A stretch of 64,000 bases of DNA from Octopus vulgaris (lineage: Eukaryota). The notes under the pieces were generated by a model. That model did not search any database. It saw only the letters and a program-made list of their open reading frames with translations, and was not told the origin of the DNA. A program made the translations under genes and the position numbers. Shown here one piece after another: positions 53,340 to 64,000 of this stretch (position 1 is its first letter; every line of letters begins with the position of its first letter). Location of the stretch: NCBI GenBank assembly GCA_951406725.2, contig OX597814.1, positions 125,302,001 through 125,366,000 on the forward strand, written 5' to 3'.

Positions 53340-53719
53340 TATAGTAACAATTTACAAACATACAGGTATAATAGATTTTTAGTGGTTGTTTGCTAACACC
53401 ACTGAGATGTGCAATTTAAACTTTAAAGATATCGTCACAGAAGAGATACAAGCAATATGTTATATATTAAATTCGGTCTCTTGAGAGATAACAGTTCAAA
53501 TCCCAGTAGATGACTTTGCCATTTACCCTCGCCGCATTGAAATTAACATCATGCATCTTTCGATATTTCTTAGCCTTATTTCTTCCGACTCTCCTCCATC
53601 TTCCTTTTACAAACCAACTAGCTCCCATTTCCACTTCTATTTTTCTTCTTTCTATCCTATTCACACAAAAACCTGTCATCCCTTTTTCTTAACTACTCCA
53701 ATTTCTGCCACCACAGTAG

Positions 53720-54520
53720 TGGACACCAAGTCTCTCCGAATGCCTCACGTTTTTGCTCACTCCTCACTCCTGTAGACATGTTGCGTCACGCATTCCAGGC
53801 TATAGAAGGTACTTTTACATGATCTCCCACCAATCACTTTCGCTTCTCGTTTTCTGCTTTTCATTATGTTTCCCATGCACTCACATCTTCTGCCTTCAAA
53901 TACCTCTCCTAATTTAATATATCACTAGAGGCGCAATGGCCTAGTGGTTAGGGCAGCGGACTCGCGGTCGCAGGATCGCGGTTTCGATTCTCAGACCGGG
54001 CGTTGTGTGTGTTTATTGAGCGAAAACACCTAAAAGCTCTACGAGGCTCCGGCAGGGGGTGGTGATCCCTGCTGTACTCTTTCACCACAATGGCGGTGCC
54101 CCAGCATGGCCACAGCTCAAGAGCTGAAACTGGAAAAACAAAAAAAAAAATAAAATAAAATAATACGAGTGATAACGGTTACATTCCTGGCGAGCGATTT
54201 CGAAAACAGATCATCGATGTCTTTAATAATGTCATGAGCGTTCTAAACCCTCTGCTCGCCTCTTCATTTTCCGAGTCCACTCGCTCTCCCACCTCGTCGA
54301 CTTTGGAATTTGATCAGATATCTTAGAGAAAAACGACTCGTTACCAACTAAAAGCCTCTGCTCCAAGCGGTGTAAACAGTCTCCTCTAAATCCTCTAATT
54401 CCAACACCCATTGCATCCAATCCTTTTCTTTATCACGTCTTGATACTTTGTAGATTTATTTTTGCCTTATACATTTGTCTATGCTGATCTTTCGCTGATG
54501 AGCATCTGTGAGTCTGTCAC
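53720..54520 (+). pseudogene. Decayed Penelope-like GIY-YIG endonuclease region, interrupted by a SINE
   Basis: GTFT*SPTN, GERFRKQ, SKPSARLF..HSLSHL and LKASAPSGVN (P.GLN-like) remnants; CTGATGAG relic at ~54496. Confidence 0.55.
53928..54160 (+). mobile_element. tRNA-Arg-like SINE with SINE-A-type tail
   Basis: GAGGCGCAATGGCCTAGTGGTTAGGGCAGCGGACTCGCG head; tail GGCGGTGCCCCAGCATGGCC + A-rich run. Confidence 0.85.
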
Positions 54521-55526
54521 TAGCTGCTCATACCGTAATTTATTAGCCCACTCTCACATTAACCGCTTGAATTACCTCCCACCGCTTCCTGCGTCAACTA
54601 CCTCTCCCCGACTGTTTGGTCAGCTTCCCACAGCCCTTCATGATATTCACTTTCTCTTCAACCAACGAAGTAGTGGCTAAGTTGTCGTTAACCCTGCTAG
54701 AAATTGCAACCAAATCCACTTGAATCATATCCTGTTATCTTAAATAATGAAATGGAACATTGAAAAAGGTAACCCCGAATGTACAAAAAAGACAGGATTG
54801 TTATAGCTTGATCAACATCGATCAGATATTTGCTCAGTCAGGGCTGGCCTATGACCAAATAAAAATAAAAAGCGCTGCCACTCGGTCTAAAATAATTTAT
54901 TCACTTCTTTTTCCTTTCCGCTTGTCATCACTTCATTATCCGTCCAGTATTAATAAGTACGCATGTACGCACACACAAACACACACAGACACACTTATAC
55001 ACACAGTATAGACAGACAGATAGATGGACAGATAGCTAGACAGATAGACAGACATTTAAATAGAGTTAACTTATGTAATTTCGGTGTAACGATGAGCAAC
55101 ATAGTATCTGAAGACACGTGGAAGGTCATAGGGCTTCATATTTTACAAACAACGTTCAACTACTATCAAACAACGTTCAACAACTTCAAATATTGCCTGT
55201 ATCAATATTATGGAGTATTAAATATATGGAATATGAATGTCCATCAGTTAGATATGTTACTGTTGAAACAAATAAACGCCTAGTTAATATTACAAGATAT
55301 AACCTTAGATCTAAAAACAGAATATTGCAAGATATAACCTCAGACCTAAAAACAAATATATAGTGATCCTTTTAAGGATTCGAATAGAGATGTACCATAC
55401 ATAAATACCGATTCAAATAATCCGTTTCTCATGGTTAAGAAGTCAGTGAAAAATGTAAATATACGCTCATCTACTATTTAATCTGATAGATCTATCGTCT
55501 CCTTCCATCATCTTCTTGCTGTTTTA

Positions 55527-55940
55527 TGTAGTTCAGGCTTCCGGCAGGCGAAGAGAAAAGACTTCAAGTACAACTGCTATTTACAACTGGTTTATTTACA
55601 GGAAAGGTGAAATGTGCTGCTCTCAGCTACCATCTTAAAGTCCGATAGTGTGGGCGCATTGCCTCTGGAGAGAGACAGGCAGAAAGTCTCTGCCAGTGGT
55701 GGTGTTCAGCCAGTGCTGCTGTGTAGTAGCGCCGAAGAAAAGACAGGTCTAAATCAGTTTACCCTTTATATAGTTTTTCCATCGCGAGCCTCGTTGTGAT
55801 CTCGCGCATGGCAAATGGATGCAGGTGAGGCCTTGCTCCAGTCTCGGAGATGGCAATGGCTGCCGCGAGATCTCATCCAGTATGGTGCTGTCTGCTTGTG
55901 ATCTACAGATCTTCCTTCAACAAAGTAGACACTACTTACA
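55527..55940 (-). mobile_element. Possible solo LTR
   Basis: GC-elevated island; minus-strand TATATAA (~55770) upstream of AATAAA (~55595); TGTAG..CA-like ends; no TSD found. Confidence 0.3.
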
Positions 55941-57194
55941 GTGAAGCGTTAGAACAAAGAGAGCTGCAAGATAAAACTAATCATAGCAATCGTGGTAATT
56001 GCCAGACAAGTAGAAACAGTAAGCGTTAAATCATTTGTTTTGTGTCTCGTTTTAGTCACAATCTAAACCCCTATTGTTTGACATCTTGTTCTGTCAGATA
56101 AACACTTTTTGAAGACTGATAAATATTATAAAAATTTAAATAGAGATAACGTTAAATTTAGCTTCAGCTGCCCACATAGTTTTGCTACAAAAATAGCAAA
56201 TATCAATAGTAAAAACCAACAACAATCTAAATCTAATACTTTCCGTTATTGTAACCGTCTTAATTTCTATTAAATAATTCATGTCTCTCGAAATCAACTG
56301 TTTATTGTGCAAAAAGTATTTACAGGTGATAATTCAGTTTCCAAAGATTATATCAGGTCGATGAAAATAATTTAAAGAGACATTTCGATCAGAATCAACG
56401 TTCTTTTAGAAATCTGGACAGATTTTTTGGGATGCTACTTTAACAAAATACATATATGGTTTTGAAAAAATAGCATTTAAAAATAACAATGTTAGAGGCT
56501 ATAATATATAGAATATATTGCATTATACTGAATCTTATAAACATGCTAATAACGGTGTGACCTTTGCTTTTCAGAGAAAATTAATATACAATTTCATAAA
56601 GGCTCAATTTTTAACACCCGTTCAGAGTTTATATCTTTTTTTTGTCAACACAAATATTTGCTAAAATATTTTAAATCACATCACAGCTATAAACTGAACT
56701 GTCACGTAATGCATTAATCTACGCTCAAAAAATTTACTTTAGTTAACGCGAACAAAAGAAAATTCGTTATTTTTATTGCCATATATGAAAAAGAAAATGA
56801 TAATAAGGAACAGGTGGGCAAACGTCAGCCAGTCTTCTTATACAACAGCATTCTAACTACATCAAAACGTTCTATATTGTTAACATGCTTATTCAATGGT
56901 TTTATAAATGTATCATATATAAATAATTGTTTCATTTATTTCGTTTGTTGCTTGAAAATCGATAACACGTGAAACTAATTGTCACAATCTATGTAATTTC
57001 AGCTTAAAATAAATTTGTAATCTGCTCCCATACTGAGATCTTTTCATCTCTGGTTTGCTTACCCACTGTTATTTATCTCATCTCTCACTCACTCTTTTCT
57101 TTCTTTTTCTCTTTCGTTCTTTCTCTCTTTCTTTTGATCTCTCTCTCTCTCCCTCTATCTCCCTCTCTGTCTTTTTTCTGCGTCTGTATTTGTA

Positions 57195-57229
<35 letters not shown>

Positions 57230-57422
57230 GAATATATGTGTGTGTATGTATGTATGCATGTATGTATGGATGGATGGATGTATGTATGTATGTATATATG
57301 TATGTATGTATGTATGAATACATGCAAGTATGTATGTATACATACATATGTATGTACGCATATGTAAGACTCAGCAAAATTCAACCTTCTAAGCGCGTAG
57401 ACAGATAGATAGATAGATAGTC

Positions 57423-57489
<67 letters not shown>

Positions 57490-57624
57490 CAGACCGACAT
57501 AAAAAATATAGTTGCAAACATGCTATTTACACACACATATGTATGTATGTATGTGTGTATGTATGTGTGTGTGTGTATGTATGTATGTACGTACGTATGT
57601 ACGTATGTATGAATGTATGTATGT

Positions 57625-58483
57625 ATGTTTAATAAAACCTAACTTAGTTACCTAACGTTTAACATAATCTTCTTTGAAATAGTCACCTTGCGCTGCAATA
57701 CATCGGTTCCAGCGATCCTGCTACTTTTGGAATCCAGCGTCGAAGTCATTTTCCATGAGTTGAGGATCTTCTGCGATCCACTCTTGACCTCGACAACAGT
57801 GTTAAAACGGTGACCTTTGAGCTGCATTTTCATCTTGGGGCAGAGATGGAAGTCCGCAGTTCCTAAATCTGGCGAACAGGGCGGTGCGGAAGCGATACCA
57901 TGTTGTATTTGGCGAGAAACTCACGAGTGGTGAGAGCTCGGTGAGAGGGTGAATCGTCGTCGTGAAGGATCAAGACGTTACGATTGACCACACGGATCCA
58001 TACGATTGACCAACAACATCATTAATGTTGTTTATCCTCATGCGCAAGCTGAGGAATTTTCTCCACAATTCTAGATGTGATGCTTGTGTCAGGTCTTCCA
58101 TATCACTCACACCGTCTTCCAGAAACGTCCTTCTGCTTTTGAAGCGCCCGTGTCTCTCCAAACATTATTTACGATTCATTGCTTTATCGTCATAATCTTG
58201 CCGAAGCATTCTCAATATTTCTAGCAGATTTCTCAATTTTAACGCAAAATTTCACGTTGGCTCTTTGTTTGAACTTTCTGTCAATAACAAAAACCGCAGA
58301 CTGCAGCATACATGTGATCACAAAAAAAAACACAAATTTCACAACTTGCGAAGTAAACAGCAAATGTCACTCGGCACACTGCCTCATGAAGGTCACTGCT
58401 AGGTCTCACTGTGCACGCAACCATGCGCTGCCATCTGTTGGCGCGCTACAGAACTAGTCTAGGCACTTTTTGATATTACCGCG
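57625..58483 (-). mobile_element. Decayed mariner
   Basis: TIR at 58455-58483; VKFCVKI.KSA.NIE.L, ERHGRFKS and KMQLKGHRF remnants; same 3' end recurs at 61027-61175. Confidence 0.8.
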
Positions 58484-58489
58484 TATGTA

Positions 58490-59621
58490 TGTATTTATAT
58501 TATTCAATTTTATTTCAAGATTTCTTGCCAACAGAGAAAGAGCCGGGTTCTAACCTAGATCCAAGGCTTCTTCATTTGAATTTCACCGACATCAAGGCGT
58601 TTGTGTATGTATGTATGTGTGTATATGTACAGTATTTAGAATAAGTGCATTTTCAGGTTTCTATGTTTTGTTTTATGTGGAGGCACATGGCCTAGTGGTT
58701 AGAGCAGCGGACTCGCGTTCGAGGGATCACGGGTTCGAATCTCAAATCGGATGATGTGTGTGTTTATGAGCGAAACACCTAAGCTCCATGCGGCTCCGAC
58801 AGAAGGTAATGTCGAACTTCTGCTGACTCTTTCGCCACAACTTTCTCTCACTCTTTCCTCCTGCATCTTGCAGCTCACCTGCGACGGACCGGCGTCGTCC
58901 AGGTGGGGCACCTATACGCCAAGGAAACCGGAAAACCGGCCCTTATGAGCCAGGCATGGCTAGAGAAGGAACAAACATGTTTTGTTTTATGCTTGTATTC
59001 TTATGCATATAGTTGCATGCCTAGACTTGCGCATATATACTTAAATGCTAAACTTCTGGTAAGTTTATCAAATTTTCACAGTTCCATTGATTACTTGGAT
59101 CGGTAAACTTTCTGCAGTCAGTTTCCTCTGTTCCGGTTTTGAGAAACCTAATTTCTCAAGATTGGTGCTTAGGTAGTTCGTTATATATCCAAATCCCTCA
59201 ATAAATACAGGTATAAACCTAAGATTGTAATCCTGGTATGGCAACTTTAGATGTCTCAGTAGTTCATCATAGGTGATTTTTTTCGTTGATGGTAACATCC
59301 GGTATCCGGGAAGCAGCTGCTTTCCACAACTGTACACAGTTTCTCTTCCCTGTCTCAAATCACGATGTCAGTTCGATTATGTTTACATTTTATTAAGGTT
59401 CTCAGTGGGACATTCCACCAATACTTTTTCATAGTATAAGTGATTGTAGCCTCTACTATACTGTGGGCCTCAGGGTTATCCTTCCGACGTATCCCATTAT
59501 ACAGCGTCCTGGCTACAACAGCATCAAGCATTCTTATATTCAAAGAGATTTCAGATGTGTCCATCACCTCCTTAAAAGTATGTAGGACCACATTACCTAA
59601 TATGTCTATCATTTGGAACAA
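58490..59621 (-). pseudogene. 3' part of R4/Dong-like RLE retrotransposon (zinc knuckle + PD-(D/E)xK-like endonuclease + 3' UTR)
   Basis: DAVVARTLYN, KYWWNVPLRTLIKCKHNRTDIVI (NRPDIV-like), KKITYDELLRHL and RFIPV remnants; UTR shared with 55-262. Confidence 0.8.
58678..58976 (+). mobile_element. tRNA-Arg-like SINE inserted into the RLE 3' UTR
   Basis: 15-bp TSD ATGTTTTGTTTTATG (58663-58677, 58977-58991); A and B boxes TGGCCTAGTGG and GGTTCGAATC. Confidence 0.92.
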
Positions 59622-60569
59622 TAAGACGGTAAGCAGGTTGAATCGTTAGCAAGTTGGACAAAATGCATAGCGGCATTTCTTCTGACACCTTACATTTCGC
59701 GTTCAAATGCCGCTAATTTAGAGTATTCCAATTCTCCTTTTGGGATCGAGAAAAGATATTCTGGTTGAGTGCTAGACTCTATGTAATCGACTATCCTTCC
59801 CCGCCTAAAATTCTTGGTCTCGTTCCAAAATTTGACAGCAGGAATTTTAAAATATTTGGTAGCTATTTTTAGTATGTCGAGCAAACAAGTATATGATCAA
59901 CAGAATTAAATCCATGAGAATCCCACCTTTTCAAAGAGTCTATAGGCTATATTCTTAAACTCGGAGGGATTTGAATTCTGAATACGTAGAGTTGGAATGG
60001 ATACCGTAAGACATTCTGTCCGATGTTCTAACGATTCTGCCAATTTTCCGCCTTGAAATTACTGTTGAGTAGTGTAGTGCGACCGTTGTTGGAATTACTG
60101 ATGTTGCATTTATTTTGTATAGCATTTTATTGTTTATTTTGTGATTTATATTTTATCTTGGGAGGATCGGTTTCCAATAATAAATACACGCACTGATTCT
60201 AATTCACTTCTTTTATTATTATTAGTCGGTTAGTTCATTTTTCAACCAGTTAATTAATTGCATATTTGATTAACCGTTGAATCAATCAGCGAGGTTCATC
60301 GAAGACCTTTCGTCGATATTAGCGACCTACACACTCTCTACTCTATATCTGCTCTGCGGTTTATATTGTTTATAAATGTTTACCTGTTTTCTACTCCAGT
60401 TTATTTTGTTGTTAAGATGTCTGATGCTAGATTTTGTATGTATGTATGTATGTATGTATGTATGTATGTATGTATGTATGTATGTATGTATGTATGTATG
60501 TATGTATGTATGTATGTATGTATGTATGTATGCATGCATGTATGTACATACGTATGTGCGTATGTATAC

Positions 60570-60983
60570 TCTACTCTTACTCTCTTACTTGTTTCAGTCA
60601 TGTGACTGTGGCCATGCTGCAGCAACGTCTTTAGTCGAGCAAATCAACCCCAGGACTTATTTTTTGTAAGCCTAGTACTTATTCTATCGGTCTCTTTTGC
60701 CGAACCGAACGGGGACGTAAACACACCACCATCGGTTGTCAAGCGATGTTGGGAGGGGGGGAATACAAACACATAAACACACACAAATACATATATGTAT
60801 ATATATACATATATATATATGACGGGCTTCTTTCAGTTTCCGTCTACCAAATCCACTCACAAGGCTTTGGTCGGCCCGAGGCTACAGCAGAAAACACTTG
60901 CCCAAGGTGCCAAGCAGTGGGAATGAACCCGGAACCATGTGGTTGGTAAGTAAGCTACTTACCACACAGCCGCTCCTGCGCCA
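60570..60983 (-). mobile_element. SINE-A
   Basis: Full-length consensus match. Confidence 0.92.
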
Positions 60984-61026
60984 ATATGTACACATATGTG
61001 TGTGTGTGTACATATGTACATATGTA

Positions 61027-61175
61027 CGAGGTGGTATCAGAGAGTTGCTGGACTTGTTATGTTTAATAAAACGTAACTTAGTTACCTCAGGTTTAACATA
61101 ATCTCTTTTGAAATAGTCACCTTGCACAGTGACTACATCGGTTCCAGCGATCCTGCTACTTTTGGAATTCGGCTT
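61027..61175 (-). mobile_element. Mariner 3' end fragment with TIR
   Basis: TA-CGAGGTGGTATCAGAGAGTT TIR; homologous to 57625-57740. Confidence 0.7.
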
Positions 61176-61971
61176 CGTTGGCTTTTATCCAAAAGCCACA
61201 GCTCATGGGCTGTAACTAGATCAAATCAAAGCATATATATACATACATACTTTTGGTGTGTTTTGGTGTTTGGTTATTTCAGGCTTGTAGACAGGATCTT
61301 TCATATTTTTTGCAATATGTCGACAATTGCTTTGTGTAATGCACGATATTGTATACTCCAGTATTTGCGTTGATAACTGCGATATTGTTGGATTGTGTGA
61401 ATCCTGATTCTGTTTCTTTGTGGAATTGGTTCCGTAGGACTTTTGTAGCTTACGAAAGTATTTTTATTTCATTCCTTTATATGTGATCCCATTGTGATAA
61501 TGCCTGGTAAGTGATTAGAGGAGGGTTTTGGTTATTGTTGGCAATGTTGTTTGGGCAGCTAGATGTATATAGCAGAAGGGGATATTTGTGTATAGCAGAA
61601 AGGTATGTTTTATTTTTTATTGATAAATGATGTGAGTGCATTGATCGATTCGTTTCAAATGTAAAGGAAATATAGATGCGATGCCATGAAATCTCCCTTT
61701 TGGTTATCTGTATTTGTTTCATGCATTGAAAAATTCTCCTAGCGGTGGTCTTTAAGAGAATGTTTAATAGTTCCAGTGGAAGAATGGTTTGACAGTTGTT
61801 GCTGTTAAGACCCAGATATGCTCTGGTTAAGCTGACCTGTAATAAATGAGCTCCAGTTAACTACTTTATCCAATATATCTACGATTACATTATCCAATTT
61901 CTCGAGACGGTAGAATGTAATTTACGGGAAACCTCGCTGCTATTTCTAAGAGGTCGAGGGGCCCTGTAGAT

Positions 61972-62308
61972 CTGTAGTTCTCAACCGGGGTTCATATGAC
62001 CCTTGTGGGGTCCATGTAAAAGTTCGGTTTTTAAAATTTATGTATAAATTTGTTTTATCTCTACAACATGCAAAATGTTTTAACAATTTTTAATACAAAT
62101 CCTAATAAAATTTAATAATAATAACAATATAATAATTTATTATTAATAATAATAATTTAAATGTTGAAGTGAATCTAATAATATTTAATGATGAAAATAA
62201 AAGGATTTTTTAAACATCGAATAGCTATGGAGTGGAGGCTGTCATCCGAGTAAAATAGGAATCAAAGGGGTGCATAGGTAAAAAAAAGGGGGAGATTGAG
62301 AAACACTG
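61972..62308. mobile_element. hAT (Charlie-like) MITE
   Basis: TIR CTGTAGTTCTCAACC / GATTGAGAAACACTG; degenerate 8-bp TSD CTGTAGAT/TTGTAAAT. Confidence 0.7.
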
Positions 62309-62392
62309 TTGTAAATCTTCCCCCGTTGATGGGTCAGTCGGAAATATTTTTAGTGGCATTTATAAGTTTATTTGGTAATCAAAATTCTTGTT

Positions 62393-63581
62393 GTTGGGTG
62401 CCGAAAAGTTCCTGGTTTTAAGGGCATCGCGAAAGGGTAGAGTTGCTACCTTTACAGGGGAGGTTGGGCAACTGTTTAAGAGAATATACGCAGAAAATTA
62501 TGTTAGTATACAATATATCTTTCTCTTTTTTGCAGATTTAACTCATGATAGTTAAATCCTCCTACGGTGGATTTTGGCAAAATTGAAGCACGGGTGGTCA
62601 TGAAGTTCCTCTTTCCGCAAGGCAATGGAGCGGCGGGAATCCATGGTGAGAGGAAGGAAGGCTTAAAGGACGGCTGCCAATCTTGCTCCAGAGTGAAAAT
62701 CTGGGCGTCTAGGTTTCGGACTGGGTACTTCGAGTTCACTGATGAACCCCGGTCAAGACGGCCAACTTCCGTAACTCCAGGGAACAAGGCCAACGCTGTG
62801 CACGCCATGATTCTCGAGAACCAATGGATTTCAGTTAAAGTTATAACTGAGACTCTGGGGATTTCCCATGAAAGAGTTGGCCACATTATCCACAATATTC
62901 TGGACATGAGAAAGCTTTCCGCAAAATAGCCTGATTTTATGGCTCGTTTAGTCACCGTGGGTGAAACTTGGCCCTCGTTATTATGATCTCCCCAAACCAA
63001 GCAGCAATCAATGGAGTGGTCCCACGGCGATTCACGGCGTCCCAAGAAGTCAGCTGGAAAGATTCTGGCTTCAGTGTTCTGGGACAAAGACGAAGTACGG
63101 CTCATAAAATTCCTACTAAAGTGTCGCACCATCAATGCAGGATACTATGTATCTCTGAAGAACTTCGTGAAGCTTTGATGCAGAAAAGCTGTGGAAGGTT
63201 GAGCCACGGTGTCTTGCTTTTGGAGGACAATGCACTAGCACAAACAGCACAGGAAACTCTACGGAAAATACGCGACTTCGGCTTCGAATTGATAGACCAC
63301 CCACCTTATTCTCCTGATTTCGTCCCCCTCCGACTATCACCTCCTTTCACTACTGAAGAAACATCTCAAGGAAACGAAATTTCACTCCGATTCAGAAGTG
63401 ACTGCTGCTGCAGAGGCCTGGTTAGAGGTCCAACCTTCCGAGTTCTAGGACTTAGAAAATTAAAGGACTGCTGCAATAAGTGAGTGACTCTGGGTGGGGA
63501 ATATGCTGAATAAAATCATAATTAACTGATTGTCTTGCATTTTGTTTTACCAAAAGCCAGGAACTCTTCAGCACTCCCTCG
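62393..63581 (+). mobile_element. Near full-length mariner (DD34D) with frameshifted transposase pseudogene (62567-63513)
   Basis: TIRs GGGTGCCGAAAAGTTCCTGG / CCAGGAACTCTTCAGCACTCCC; motifs DEPRSRRP, MRKLSAK, VTVGETW, SAGKILASVFWD, EDNA, HPPYSPDF, GEYAE*. Confidence 0.9.
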
Positions 63582-64000
63582 GAGCTTCTTTAATGAAACC
63601 ACAGGCACGAAAAACAATAAATTAATATCATTATATTTAAGGACTATCAAAAAGCTAGCAAGAAATATTCTTGCGGTGAGCAAAAAAAAGAAGAAAAAAA
63701 GGAAAACATTCTTAGTCAATGGAGATAATTCCAAACGTGTTTTGGTCTTATATTTACCTCATCAACAATTCATATCTTACGCAGAGTAGTAATGATACAA
63801 TTACTAAATGTAGATCATTGTTGTCATACGAAAATAGAATTGTTTAGAGAAAAAATTATTCTGAGAGGCACTCCGCATGCGAAAACAACTGTTAAGTTAG
63901 TATTCACATATTTCACGCAGTGCACTTTAAAAATTTCAATAAAAATAATTATGCAATGAGAAAGAAAGAACACTATTCGGTAACTTGTGGCTAATATTAT

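Noticed and set aside
58678-58750. tRNA genes (also at 26755, 30795, 53928)
   Set aside because: tRNA-like heads run into SINE bodies and tails, with a TSD in one case; acceptor stems are not intact
61180-61800. Possible retroelement remnant on the minus strand (TGVYNI motif)
   Set aside because: Too degraded to assign from a single weak motif
62503-63135. 210-aa minus-strand ORF
   Set aside because: Antisense shadow of the mariner transposase pseudogene

Overview
AT-rich eukaryotic genomic DNA, almost certainly intronic or intergenic. From recall of its SINE families and its very high microsatellite load, I infer a coleoid cephalopod, probably Octopus; this was not checked against a database. 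No intact host protein-coding gene is visible, and most supplied ORFs are microsatellite artefacts. The window is a nested mosaic of repeats: (i) two abundant tRNA-derived SINE families plus a modular tRNA-Arg-like SINE family; (ii) decayed non-LTR retrotransposons (R4/Dong-like RLE elements beside (ATAC)n, Tx1/L1-like fragments, an RTE-like 5' UTR, Penelope-like GIY-YIG remnants); (iii) DNA transposons (several mariner relics, a Tc1/mariner foldback built from two 3' ends, a hAT pseudogene and MITE, two Merlin-like MITEs carrying CCCTAA repeats, a non-autonomous Helitron). The most interesting signals are at least six minimal hammerhead-ribozyme motifs (two of them in the arms of a 430-bp palindrome), a U6 3' end fused to a SINE 5' end, apparent (ATAC)n targeting by an RLE element, and a SINE tail shared with a Tx1-like LINE. 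Coordinates were read by eye; boundaries of decayed elements are approximate.
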